DNA of 64,000 bases from Phoronis australis (taxonomy: Eukaryota; Animalia; Phoronida), in contig NMRA01000574.1 in assembly GCA_002633005.1 (NCBI GenBank), forward strand, positions 155,030 through 219,029. The letters run 5' to 3'. The translations under genes were made by a program, and so were the position numbers. Shown here piece after piece: positions 25,886-38,360 of the stretch (the first letter of the stretch is position 1; each line of letters starts with the position of its first letter). Below the pieces are notes generated by a model. It was given only the letters and a program-made list of their open reading frames with translations, did no database searches and was not told the origin of the DNA.

Positions 25886-26192
25886 CTGGAAAACCAATTT
25901 TCAGTGAGACAAAGAAACTATTAGAACATTATCACTTCAAGGGAAGTTAGATTTAACTAACATGCATTTTATGCAGAAAGAAATAAAATGCAATAAAAAT
26001 ATTTTACTATTAAACTGTTATGATCAATATCATTACAAGTATTATTATAAAATATTTCTACTACTATGCTTCTTCTTATCGTACCATTTCTCAAATCATG
26101 CTCATTACAGAATACTGAACACAATAATACAGAGAGATAAAAAACAAAACAAATAACATGTGAAAAAGGACAAAAGAAATCTAGTGGCATAC

Positions 26193-28005
26193 CGTGGTGA
26201 ATGTTCTGAATCGGAGTCAGTGAAATAGACGCTGGAGCATTTGCTTTTCAGTATGGACTTGAGCGGCTTGGCACTAGGTTCTGTCTCGACCACTTCAGGG
26301 ACACGTGGCTGTTCTGACCGTTTGGCACTCTCATCAAAATTGTCCAGATCAACCAACATGGCGGTTGGCACTTCACAGACATGATTTGCTGTTGATTTCA
26401 TAGTCTCAGAACTGCTAAAAACTTTTGGTTTAAAGTTGCTTGGCTCCTTTGTACCACTGGTAACGGGCAAACTGTTAATCACAGTCATAGTGTGTTTGTT
26501 ACTCACAGCACAATCATCCACAGCACTAGGTTGTTGCTGGTGCAGTAGTTGCTGCTGCTGCTGTTGTTGTTGCTGAAGCAGCAATTTACATTGCTTATCC
26601 TGGTATTGCTGTTGTTGCAGTTTCAGCCGTAACTGTGATTGTGGTCGCTGTGATTGCTCATTCATAAGATGCTTGGGCAAACGAGCCGACAGCTTGCCAC
26701 CGGCTAAAGTCTTTATGCCAGCAGGCATCCCCTCATCGGGCTTCACTGTTAAGTCTCTAGACATAGGTTGACTGGAGCCAACAACATTCTCAGCATGAGA
26801 TTTCGCAGCTAGGTTCTTAGGCCGAACGTCAGCTGGTGGTGACAAAGGCAAAGGTCCTTTCCCATGGCAAGTTTGAGCCCCCGAAGATGCCTCCACCTCC
26901 AAATCCATTCCGCTGTCGCACACACTGTTTAGTTTAACATTATCCATAACCAGAGATTCTAATGTTTTCTCAACGCTTGACACATGTTTGGGATTACCTA
27001 CCTTGCTTCTACACCCAGGTTTCTCGGGAGAAGTAGAAGCCAAGAGAAGCCGCATACCTCTTCCTATGGTTTTGCGAGGAGGAGAGCCGGCGAAAACAGA
27101 CTGAGACACAAGAGACTTATCATCAACAGACTCGTCTGACTTATTACTCCCCTGCGCGGGTACTTTCTTCTCGTCGTGGGCAGCTCTCAAATCATTCACA
27201 GGAAGCTGTCGAGTTGCAAATCTGGACACTGCTTTGGTAGATTCAAATGAAACGACACAGTTTTTATCCTTGATTAGTGAAGACACTTGCTTTGAAGCAG
27301 GTTCAGATTTGTTTTGGTTGAGATCACCAACAGGTCTGCTAGATGGAAGACCCACAGTTGCAGCAGGGATAGATTGAGTTGACCCATGATTCAACGCAGC
27401 AGCGAGCAGCGCTTTACCCCTTTTCTTGGAGGGATTCTGGGGTATGATGCCACCATTTGAGGGAGTGTTTGGCTTAACCAGCGAGTGAAAACCTACATCT
27501 GAGGAACTTGAGGTTAATCTAGGGTGGCACTCGTGGGCGAGAGCTGAAACAGGAAATGGACGTCCTCGTCCAACTGCAAATGGTCCAGCAACACCACTAA
27601 CACGAGATACATCACCCACTACAGTAGAAGGCACATCTGTTCCCGAGATCCCCTTAGGCGTTGCAGATACTGACAATGAGCTTCCTGGCTGCAATCGAGA
27701 ACTAGAACGATGGTGTATAGCAGAAGTCAAAGTCGTCCATTCGCCAGGGTCCGGTGAACCAGAGCGCTCCGGCATCAGGGAAGTGGTATACGTGTTCTTA
27801 GCATTTAAAAGACCTTGTCTGTCTGTATTTTGCGCATCACCCTTCGCTGTGGCTGAAACTGCGTCTGGTTTGAAGAGATTGCAGATCTCCTGCAGGTGTT
27901 GGGAGTATCGCTGTTCTTGTCTCTCTTTAGTGGTACCCGTGAGCTTGCTAGGGGCAGCCATCTGTGCCTTCTCCTCTGTCGAAACATTGTCTTGCGCAGT
28001 ATGAT
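26193..28005 (-). CDS. TDRD12: TDRD12 large exon, S/P/K-rich disordered linker with polyQ
   Basis: 1813-nt open frame inside ORF 26105..27961; cag acceptor, gtatgc donor, phases fit neighbours. Confidence 0.85.
26530..26620 (-). repeat. Coding CAG/CAA polyglutamine tract
   Basis: QQQQYQ...QQQQQQQQQLLHQQQ in the large exon. Confidence 0.85.
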
Positions 28006-28395
28006 CTGTAGGATATAAACAACACGATGAGTTGACTTTGGCAATTAAGTGTTTACAGAGTCATGTCTCTAGCTTCTCAGCTCAAGTTTAACTACACATC
28101 AATAAAGCATAAAAAAGGTTCCAGGTGATCAGCGCAGCGGCCCACATGAGCGACCTAATAATCACTTAGAAGAACAACTTTTTATCCACGACCAACAACT
28201 TAAGATAATTAAAATATGTAATGTTGTTACTGTTAGTAAACACTCAAAAGTCATACTACGAAATCACGCATTTCTTCATTTTTCACCAATGCCAGTCGCC
28301 ACATTTTACGAGGTCGAACATTTTCTAGTCTTCAGGCAAATGATTAAGTTATTTGAACTCTGCTTGTAAGACCTGATATAGATTCAATTCTTTAC

Positions 28396-28542
28396 CTGTA
28401 GTGCTGGCATACATAGCGTACTGCAGTCGTACAAGCTCATCGTTGAGACACAGACTCTCCGTGGGGGTGCTGAGATACACCCGCACCTGCTTGCGCTCAG
28501 TCTGGGGCTCTCGGCACACGACATCAACCTTGGCACTATGCT
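28396..28542 (-). CDS. TDRD12: TDRD12 exon (VRVYLSTPTESLCLNDELVRLQYA)
   Basis: End of extended Tudor-1; AG/GT ends. Confidence 0.85.
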
Positions 28543-29136
28543 CTGTAAATTATAAAAACTTTTAAATGTTTACCCTTCGTTTAATACTAGTAATGACTCA
28601 AAGATGACCAAAAAGCATATAAAAATAGGGGAATTGAATCAAGTGTCCTTTTTTTCTAAACACCTTTTTTTCTAAACAATCCGAGATTGAGAACAGAAGA
28701 CTTACTTACAAAAGGGGGCGTTCATTTTTGATGTTTAGCCCACACAAATACAGTCCTGGAGGTGAACTGTCATGATAACGTATTGCAGTAACTGGTCCAC
28801 ATAGTTCAGAGTCTATGGGAAAATCCCTAGCAGAATTTTGAGCATGAACCCAGCATGTAATGGCTCCATACGGCAACAGCACCCATCAAATTGTACGAAT
28901 GAACTGGGCTGCGTTCCGTAGACACAAGAACCGGGTAAAAACGCAAGATGATGCACAAAATCATAAGATATCTCCATGCATCTCAAGAGAACCACGTGAT
29001 CACACTACCTTTATTTCTGAGTGCCTTGCATCTACACAATGCTGTCCTGTCATTTCAGTAGATGATGAGTGACAGATCTACTTACAGGACTTAACAAACT
29101 TACTTGATCATACGACAACAAAACCAATAAACATAC

Positions 29137-29192
29137 CTTGCAGGGTTTTCGTCAAGTAATCGCAAGCTGCTGTGTCCCATGTTTTAGCTGGC
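29137..29192 (-). CDS. TDRD12: TDRD12 exon (PAKTWDTAACDYL)
   Basis: Resembles vertebrate TDRD12 PAKKWDNAA; AG/GT ends. Confidence 0.85.
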
Positions 29193-29654
29193 CTGAAAAA
29201 GAATGTCGCACTTGTTGTTACTCGTCTACATTAAGGAATGACGAGTTGCCTAGCAACAGTCAGAGATTCAGAGTGAACAGAGACGCGTTTGGTAGTTTAT
29301 CAAGAGAACAGTCAACTTCATCTTGAACTTACAGCACTCATACACCATGCCAGATAGAAAGTTATTATTAACAGATACATGTTAACGCTTTGTTGTAAAC
29401 AGAACAGTTTCCAAAAAATGCAATGGCAAGATGGTCTATAATAAGAAATACCAGTAAGTCCAATTCACACCAGATTTTACAGAGCAGACCATCTAACTAC
29501 AAGCTGAAGCCCACTACGTAATAACAGTGCCTTTTCTTTCAACCACTTTTCAGCCAAGGAGCAAACCGATCTTCAATTGACCTTTCGCAAGCTCCACTTC
29601 CTTACGAAATGTTGACAAACAAACAAGAAGTTTTACCCGACGTGTTGTTTGTTG

Positions 29655-30322
29655 GGTAAAATAGCGGCTTGGAAACAAAGGTGTGTTAAGAATGCTGCCT
29701 TATCATTGGTCAGTCAAGCTGTCACTCAAAATCCTGGTGATAGGTCAATTCACCAAGCAACCTTAAAACTGTTTCTACTCAATACCTCTTGGAGCTTCAA
29801 GCAATTAATCCTTGAGAAATGTTAGAGAAATCATATTACAATCACTGCTATCACAGGCCCATTCTTTGCGACCTCAGCTGTTGTTATGACAACAGGTCTG
29901 CAGCCAGATTACCTGCGCTCGACGTCAAACGTATCTGGGTTTGTGTACATCGTGATGGGTACAACACCATGGAGTGTGAACTCCTGAGCTTGGAATGGAA
30001 CATCCCAGAAGTGAGAGTTGGGCTCCCGAAGCCTGTAATAACAATGCATAGAATTAAAAGAATGAAACAAACAAGGTGTCAATATGAATACTGAATGATG
30101 TTCTTGAAGGATGACAAGTTTTAGTAGATGTTTTCATCGGTCTCAATTTCGCAACATAACCTATAGCGTCGTATACTCTGCCTCTCCCTTGTGGAAAGTC
30201 ACCGACAATGTGTTCTTTGTCGGGTAAAACGGCGGCTTGGAAACGCAGATGGTGTGTCAAAAATGTTGCATTCTGATTGGTCAGTTAAGCCGTCAGTCAA
30301 AATCCTGGCAATAGGTCAATTG
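29655..30322. repeat. Diverged ~100-bp direct repeat pair (29655-29752 and 30225-30322) bracketing exon 29913-30032
   Basis: gcggcttggaaac...attggtcagt...tcaaaatcctgg...ataggtcaatt in both copies. Confidence 0.7.
29913..30032 (-). CDS. TDRD12: TDRD12 exon (LREPNSHFWDVPFQAQEFTLHGVVP)
   Basis: Extended-Tudor P-x-QA motif; AG/GT ends. Confidence 0.85.
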
Positions 30323-31261
30323 GTGAACCAACTCGTAGAACCTACACATTAAGGTACAAAACCATTACCATTATACACACAAGGTAGTCTTTGATTCACC
30401 GATTCATTATGTCTTGACTAAATAATACTATATTTGTAGTTTCTTCAAAATGAAGCTTGAGAACCGTATTATCGAAATATGGCGCCGCAAATTTCAAACA
30501 GTGCACTAGTATTCTAAAAGTTATCTAAAAATATAGGGGCATGTCCTTGGTTTTGAAACACACGAGAGTACTAAGTGAAATCTAGCTAAATTGTGTCTAA
30601 AATTATAGAAAACCTTTCACAAAACACCTATTGCGTTGTGAAAATTTGACAGACAACGTTCAGCGTCCCAACCACAAATTACCACTCGAATTAAGCAATT
30701 TCTATCATGCTGCAATTTCACTGCCACACTGGTATTTCAAATTTGTGTTACTTGTCCATACTAAGACTATTCTATCATTTCCAGTCACGTTCAACTAAAT
30801 GAAGCCAAAAAATTGAGACCTATGAGAAATATTATTGTATTTGAGAAAGTTTTGTTAGCTGGAAACTCACCACTGAACTGGAATAAGCGTGTTCTTAGCA
30901 AAGTCGACCATAACACAGCTACAAAAGAAACCTCAAAATTAAACAAAGAAACCTTCCAAAATTTGCCGCTCGACCCAATGTACATAAATAAAAATTTAAA
31001 ATACAGTACATCGAAAGAACTTACAGACAACTGAGTGTGTGTTTTCTGCACTTCGGCTTCAGCCCCAGATGAAGCTTATATAATTAAGAAAAATGACAAA
31101 AATAAATAGAATATTGGCAACACTATTGCACCGGCTAATACATAAAACTGCTGTAAATCCAGTCACCATCAAATGCTATTTTTAATTAGACCACTTACTA
31201 CTATAAAACATCCCTCAACTTACACACAAACGATGGGATTTCTGGGCAGAGAAAGGACAGT

Positions 31262-31760
31262 TTGGAGACCAGGGTCAGTAGGCCGGCTTGTTGCCTCATA
31301 TTATAACTTGAAAACCAGGGTCAGTAGGCCGGCTTCTTGCCTCATATTATAACTTGGAGACCAGGTACGGTAGGCTGGCTTGTTATCTCATATTATAACT
31401 TGGAGACCAGGGTCAGTAGGCCGGCTTATGACCTCATATTATAACTTGGAGACCAGGGACAGTAGGCCGGCGTCTTGCCTCATATTATAACTTGGAGACC
31501 AGGTACAGTAGGCCGGCTTGTTGTCTCATATTATAACTTGGAGACCAGGGTCAGTAGGTCAGCTTGTTGCCTCATATTATAACTTGGAGACCAGGGTCAG
31601 TAGGTCGGCTTGTTGCCTCATATTATAACTTGGAAACCAGGGTCAGTAGGTCGGCTTGTTGCCTCATATTATAACTTGCAGACCAGGGTCAGTAGGCCGG
31701 CTTGTTGCCTCATATAACTTGGAGATCAGGGTCAGTAGTCCAGCTTGTTGCCTCGTATTA
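31262..31760. repeat. Minisatellite, 46-bp unit, about 10-11 copies
   Basis: ttggagaccagggtcagtaggccggcttgttgcctcatattataac tandem. Confidence 0.95.
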
Positions 31761-32016
31761 TATGCTGAGCACAGTCTCAAGTTACAAGGAACATACTGCC
31801 GGACCTTTGCAAGTCCCAGAAACCAACTCTCGTCTAAAATGGACTGAGTCAATCTCGATTTTATGACCAAAGGTGATCTAAATCAAAAGTTAAGTTTCTT
31901 TGATGGAACGCACATTTATCGCAGCTTTTCTGTACTTCACAGTGTACCAGTGCTAAGATGCCATTTTTGTTTTCCACACGTTTTGAAGTGTATCCATAAA
32001 ACAATCAGTAACTTAC

Positions 32017-32105
32017 TTGGCTTGGTATCCATTCTTAGTTAGAACTACGTTGTCAATCTGTACTCTGTACCATGTCTTATCAGAACTCAGGCGTCCATAG
32101 CAGAA
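32017..32105 (-). CDS. TDRD12: TDRD12 exon, Tudor-1 (FCYGRLSSDKTWYRVQID)
   Basis: Tudor WYR motif; gtaagt donor. Confidence 0.85.
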
Positions 32106-33004
32106 CTTCCAGAAAAAAGAGATGAATAAAACAAAAAAAACAAAAGCATTACATCAAAAACTGATTCAAAGTATTTGGAATTTCGAACACGTAATTGCAA
32201 TTTATTTCAAGCTAAATCTCAATAAATAGAACATAAAATGACAGCATTCCACAATCATATAATAGCTATTTTTGTGCCACAATGTCAAACATTCCGTTCT
32301 ATTCAACTGACAAATTAACCATGGTATTTCCTCAATTGTTATGAATTGAATATAATGGAGACAGAATACCATCCAAAACTTGATGCAAATTGCGCAATTA
32401 GTGAACCATTATTAACAACAATTCAGAAATTTTGCAACGGATGGCCAAACCTAGACTGGAGGAATGTGCCTGCTCAACAACTGCTTGTCACAAATGGTCA
32501 GGTGAGGTTCAACTGTGTCAATGTTTCATGTCAAAGTTACAACATACAGGTTGAAACCAGTTGTTATGTCTAACAGTGCAATTGTTTTAAGCAAAATCAG
32601 AACCAGAAATACATAACTTAGATAATCCTACATGCTCACGTCATTTTGACTTGCAATTGGCATAGTAAATGCTCAAATGCTTTGCAGGTCCCAAGGAGTG
32701 GCCGAGATCCAAAATACTGGTCTGACTTAAAATTATCAATAAACGGAAAAACTGGATTTTCGTGTCAGACTGACCATGTAGATTGAATTATTTTCTTCAC
32801 AAACATTTGTTCTATCTATGAAAACGTGAGCCAGAATGTCACAACACTTCACCATAGGCACGTTCAATCCCCACATTCACTCTCTCTGAAGTGCTGCGGC
32901 CATTTTAGAAAAGTTTCAATTAAGACCGATTATCCGCGACCAAAATTTACCACACCAGTACGGTAAAAACTCTTCCTCACAACATGAGATGGAGACTGAC
33001 TCAC

Positions 33005-33163
33005 CTGGCCTCGTCCAAACTGCGTCGCCTGGTTGGACACCACCTGATCGTCATTCAGGTATTCGTTGACACTCTCCATGAATGCAGCAAAATTTTTTGC
33101 ACCAGAAGACGCATGTGAGCTGGGTGCCTCCTTGGCGAAGAAGACACCCCGTTTATCTGGCAC
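33005..33163 (-). CDS. TDRD12: TDRD12 exon, Tudor-1 start (VPDKRGVFFAKE...FGRGQ)
   Basis: cag|GTG acceptor, CAG|gtgagt donor, 159 nt, open frame. Confidence 0.8.
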
Positions 33164-34267
33164 CTGACAAACATTTGAAAGGCACGATAAGGTGGTAAAA
33201 ATTTGTCAATTACCAAATTACAACAGCCTTTTTTAAGTACGCTGCATGTGAATGTGGGTGGTCACTGGTAGAGATAGAGACTTCCACGGTTCCACCTCAG
33301 CGCAAAATCTCATGCAGTCTCAGTGTCACTACTGCTGCCATGTGAGAACAAAAGACTAGAATATTGTAGTGGCTGCCAAAAAAAAATATGGTTTAGCAAA
33401 TTGTTCTCTTGTCATTAAGTTCGAATGATACAAAAACTTACGGTTCAAAACATGGAAATACGTAAATTGTTCTCGTCATTAAGTTCGAATGATACAAAAA
33501 TTTAAGGTTCAAAACATGGAACTACGCAGTGTTGGCGAAAACAATGATTCTGGTAACAATAGTTCTAATTGGCTACAAGTTTTTAGACATATTTGCCAAA
33601 CTAGCAAAGAAATCTGGTGCAAGCCAAATACAAACCTTCAGAACTGTGATGTCCATCTCACCCCTCCAGTCGTCTGAAAGGCACAATGAAATCTTGTTAA
33701 TTGTAAAACATTCAGCAATTCTGCATTCTGAGATATTATTTCAGTCTTAGTTAACAACCATTTTTTCACTTTAAACACTTTTTAAAACAATACCTATTAA
33801 CACCCAATCCAGTTTAGTTAAATGCAGTTTAAACTGTCAGGACTTTAGTATGTTAAAAGTAACGAGGGAAAAATAATAGCAGGCGGTCTGGTACACGCTG
33901 TACCAGATGTGTGCAGGCCACTCAGAAGGGCCAATTATTCAGCGGAAGAAACTGGTACTCTAAATCAGGGACTACTACATCCGGCTAGTGCCGAAATAAG
34001 CTCCCAACACAGGCAAGTTTAATCAGCCCCTTGTCAATATACTAGAGAAAGGTACATAACTGCCATCCAATATCGTCATCTGCCAGGCAATTCCACAATA
34101 ACTCAAAGTATGTCAATCAGGGAGTAACTTGCATCACACATTTTATCTGTGGCTTCAACACGTTCACTAGTTAAATTTGTTGACATGGAAAACAATAAAA
34201 ACCAATCATACTTCTAGATTTTCCTAATTCAATGGGCAATACTCACGGCAAAGTGTCATGTCAGACC

Positions 34268-34738
34268 TGGTCCATTTGCGTCAACTAATGCACATGCTCA
34301 CAAGGCTGCTTACAACTAATGGGCATGCTCATAAGGACGATCACAACACCATCAGAATGCTTATATCAACTAAAAACAGCAACATTACACTTGCAGTACT
34401 CTAGGAGCATGCTGATTGGGTACAAGAAAAATAAGTCAACATTTCAAGGGGCCTTCGAATTTCCTCCCGTTCCTCCTAAATCATCAAGTACAAACACAGA
34501 ACTGTGTGACTTAATTAATGAAATGATGGTCAAATTACAGAACAAAAGGCAACTAGATGTTTGTGATTTCATACCACCAGGTCAAACTGAGGTTAGACCG
34601 ACATGATCGCGAATTACCATCAAGAGCCCATCAGTTTAAAAGATGCCTCTACTGTTGGTGTTTTTTCTTGATATAAGCGTTCTGGTGATGTTGTGAGCAG
34701 CCTTATGAGCATGCGCACTAGTTGACGCAAATGGACCA
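34268..34738. mobile_element. MITE with ~50-bp TIRs
   Basis: tggtccatttgcgtcaacta...ggctgcttacaac / gttgtgagcagcc...tagttgacgcaaatggacca. Confidence 0.7.
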
Positions 34739-34959
34739 CGTCCGTTACGGTGCATTGATGGGAATTAAATTAAGAAAACCTGAAGGTATGTATGGTATTG
34801 ATTGGTTTCCATGTTAACAAATGTAACTAATGAGCGTGTTGCAGTCGCAGATAAAATGTGTGACGCAAATTGAAATGAAATGTGATTTACTGAAATATAT
34901 ACATATGGCCATAGGCCCAAAGTATAACATGTACAAGACAGAACACTGTCAGGTGCGTT

Positions 34960-35840
34960 ACAAACTTCTTGTCTACCCTTTGTAGTATGCAAATTAATTG
35001 TTCCACAATGATAGCAACAGTTGTGTATGACCTCTTGACCTGAGAAAGTAGTTTCCTGAATGTCAGTTATCTTCTGCTGCGCTAGACAATAGGTCATACA
35101 CGGTGCATTAGATTCCAAATAATAGAGGGACAACAGGGCTCGACATAACGAGCTGCAGGTCGCATTTGCGACCTGAAATTTGAAAATGCGAGCTGAGATT
35201 TTTGTCAGCTCGTATAAAGTCGCAAAATGCGACCTGGAATTTCCAACGAATGCGAGCTGAGTTTTTACACTTCTCAACAGATACCCGTCAAATACGAATC
35301 AGCTCTTGTTAATCCGACCGTTGTTTGGTTGTTGCCAAATACAAGTTCAAAAGAACACTAACCGAGAACAGCCCTCCCGATGACTTGTAAGCAATCCAGT
35401 CGTGTGAACATGGGATATGCAGAATCGATCTTTGACGCGTTTCATTGGCTAACACTTTCGGCCACTTTTGTAAATTCCCGGATTCGCCGAAGAAAGTTTC
35501 GGGCCACTGCTTAACACGTGATAAAACTTCACAAAACAACGGTGTTTCTATTAATTCTTAAGCGATCAACTTACCAAACATTGTGGTGGACAAAAATGTT
35601 TGTTTTTCACATAAGATGTCCTTATTACATGTACCAAATATCCACGACAATATCCCTGATANACAAACTTCTTGTCTACCCTTTGTAGTATGCAAATTAA
35701 TTGTTCAACAATGATAGCAACAGTTGTGTATGACCTCTTGACCTGAGAAAGTTGTTTCCCCGAATGTCAGTTATCTTCTGCTGCGCTGGACAATAGGTCA
35801 TACACGGTGCATTAGATTCCAAATAATAGAGGGGCAATAA
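34960..35840. repeat. ~175-bp near-identical direct repeat pair (34960-35135 and 35663-35840)
   Basis: acaaacttcttgtctaccc...aataatagaggg occurs twice; an N lies at the start of copy 2. Confidence 0.8.
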
Positions 35841-35979
35841 ACATGGGGCAGTAAAGTGTGCGCTAAACTGGCTGAATTTCACCAAGGTTTGCTATGATAT
35901 GAAGACCTGGCATCCGTTATAGGGGGTTTCACAGTAATTTTGGTACATGCCTGTGGGCTACTTATCAGTTAGGCAACAC

Positions 35980-36690
35980 GTAGCCCCTCAGTTGGCCATT
36001 TAGGGGCTACAATACTTCCCTACGCTTTCTGTACTCATTTCGTTACATGTATTTTAAACGGGCGGTAGGCCAAATCCAGCCACCAATTTTGAGTTTTCAC
36101 TTTGACAAAATTACATTCCACACTTAAAACTATCATTTAAAAACGCGCTTACTTTCATCATTGGTCCTTTCTACTTCTATACATATCTTTGATGAAGTTT
36201 AGTTGTGAGAATTAAGGTGACTTTGGCGTTGAATTCCAACTCCACTTTTTTGGTTGCCGCTAACTTTTTCACCACGCGAGCAATAACCACAAAGTATGTC
36301 AACTGAGTCACGTGAGTTAGGCAAAGGCTAGCGTGAGACTGATCAGCAAAGCACGTGACGCTAAGCGTGACATTTGAAAAATAGCACTGATGAGAAGGTA
36401 AAAATTTTGTCCCTTGGTTTTGTTATTCGTCAACATGCGCGATTTCACGTAACTTCCTCAAAATGGCAACCGGTAACATTAACTCGAGCAAACCGCGACA
36501 GATTTTTAATCAATTTGGTCAAATTATCTTGACTGCCTTGAATCGTCTACAGACTTATGCCATGTGTTAATTTTAACTCCACGTGCATATAGGCATGTTT
36601 CATTTGATTTTATTTCCTGTATTTTGAAATGAGTAAATTTTTGTGGGGATGTACTATCGCCCCTGCATGACTGCAGCATCCAGGGCGATG
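35980..36690. mobile_element. ~700-bp non-coding interspersed element, copy 1, with hairpins at both ends
   Basis: Colinear with 39682-40390; tagcccct...aggggcta and atcgccc...gggcgat hairpins. Confidence 0.75.
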
Positions 36691-36702
36691 TAATTACCTA
36701 CT

Positions 36703-37810
36703 TACTGTATTCGCCGTAATAACCGCCCAGGGCACTCAGAAAAGTTCGGTTCAGGGGGGGCGCTTATTATAACCCAGGGCGGTTGAAACCCGGTCTCCGA
36801 AACGGGTGAAATCGGAAGCTAAGATTCATCAAATTTACGCTCTGTGACGTATATCTAATCAATGAAAGACTTTCAACAAAACTGTGGTGCATTACTACCA
36901 AACTTTACTGCTAAATTACGATCATGTTACAGAAAATTGTGCTGAAATCCCAGGGCGAAAACTCGCCGACTGACTGCCTCGAAATCGCCGCCTTCGATAT
37001 GGTGACTTCAATGCTTGAATAAAAATTTTTTCGACTCAAGCAAATTACCTGAAATCCTCATTAAGTTTTACAAGTAGCGTCTCCAAGATTTTTTAAGTTC
37101 CCGTGGAGTCTGGATTAACGGCAGGTTTAAGTACAAATCTGTGCAACATNTGTAGCTGGATGCGTACGTAACTATTTAACAGTTATTTTTCGGTGTAAAG
37201 GTGTGTAAACATTCACTGTCAGTTGTCATTTTATCGGATATTCGGCTTTAAAACACCAATTATGGTTAATCAAACAATCCATCTCAAAAATAACGCAAAC
37301 ATGTTTTATAGTATTAGAAATTGTCGGAAAAATGTGCCAATATTCATTTCTTATCGATGCTATGCTACCCGTTTCATGAATGGATAGTTCCCAACTGTCT
37401 TTGATGACAGGTTCATGGATGTAGCGCACGCTTCCTGGCCACGTGCATTTAACACCGAGTTATTTTTATTCATGAGACAGTCGATGTGTACTGAAAGGTC
37501 AGACCATAGTGGGACGCGGTCGTCGCGAGAGCGTAGCAACGCTGTTGCGTTCTTTTTGAAGCGCTGCGTTACTTTGAAGTGTAAAGTCACGGCTAAATAC
37601 AAACGTAGCAGTGCCGCTGGCGGTCTAGAAGACCCATGCAAAATTTTTTTGATAAATTGAAGACGTTACTGTAGCCGAGTTTTAGGACAGTAGGTACGTC
37701 ATTGTTCGCATGTACACGTTCATGGACTGGGCGCTTACTTCTGCAAAGTTTGAAAACGCGTGGGGGGGGCGCTTATAGGGGCATGGGCGGTTATTACGGC
37801 GAATACGGTA
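36703..37810. mobile_element. Non-autonomous Tc1/mariner/pogo-type element
   Basis: TIRs tactgtattcgccgtaataaccgccca / tgggcggttattacggcgaatacggta with TA ends. Confidence 0.8.
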
Positions 37811-38312
37811 TCAGTATGAGTGACCCATAGGCGGCATGCCGGTTTTCTGAATTTCATTTTGACTTTCGCGCACTTCCGACCTGTGTCGGGTTTTCAGTTA
37901 TACAGAACACTTTGCCATAAAAGTCAAAGTATAAACATAGTTTTACCTTTTTAAATGTTGTCGTCTTGCATTTCTTTTTTACAACTCAGACATAAGTGGA
38001 TATGATTGAGACACTCAAATATCATGTGCTTCTTCTCGCAACAGGGTTAGTTTAAGTGTCCAACTGAAATAGTAGGTTTACTTTCTGATCCATAAACTTC
38101 ACAAAATTAAATCTTAATATAACCGAACAGCTTCTCAAAACAAGAAGCTCAAGTGGATATCATGAAGTTAAATTCTTTCAACATGATCCTTTTGGCATAT
38201 ATCGTTTTTCGCTCCTCTTTTGGCCAAAGTCGGATTTCACCGAAGCTCAATTTTCCTGGAACATCTTTACTTATGCATTGAGAACGCATGAGATCGTTCG
38301 CACCTTGACACT
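37811..38312. promoter_or_regulatory. Probable bidirectional promoter region between TDRD12 (-) and MPHOSPH6 (+)
   Basis: Positional inference: non-repetitive stretch just upstream of the MPHOSPH6 ATG; a possible minus-strand donor (AAG|gtaaaa) at 37946. Confidence 0.4.
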
Positions 38313-38360
38313 ATGGCTTCACCACGTTCAAACCTTTCGAAAAACTTGCTGCAGATGAAA
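38313..38360 (+). CDS. MPHOSPH6: MPHOSPH6/MPP6 exon 1 (MASPRSNLSKNLLQMK)
   Basis: LSKNLL-x-MK motif of MPP6; gtaggt donor. Confidence 0.92.

Larger units (their letters stand above)
898..33163 (-). other. TDRD12: TDRD12-like gene span (Tudor/DEAD-box piRNA factor, Yb/BoYb/SoYb family), 33 traced coding exons, incomplete at both ends
   Basis: Exons joined by GT-AG sites with consistent phases. Translation gives an N-terminal Tudor (PAKTWDTAA, CLNDELV as in vertebrate TDRD12), DEAD-like helicase, CCCH finger, two more Tudors and ARM repeats. Confidence 0.9.

Noticed and set aside
34765-35277. 170-aa minus ORF
   Set aside because: Overlaps duplicated non-coding repeat sequence and has no recognisable motif.
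37947-38200. First coding exon of TDRD12 (a minus frame reads PLELLVLR)
   Set aside because: No in-frame ATG without a stop and no phase-compatible donor; the start codon remains unlocated.
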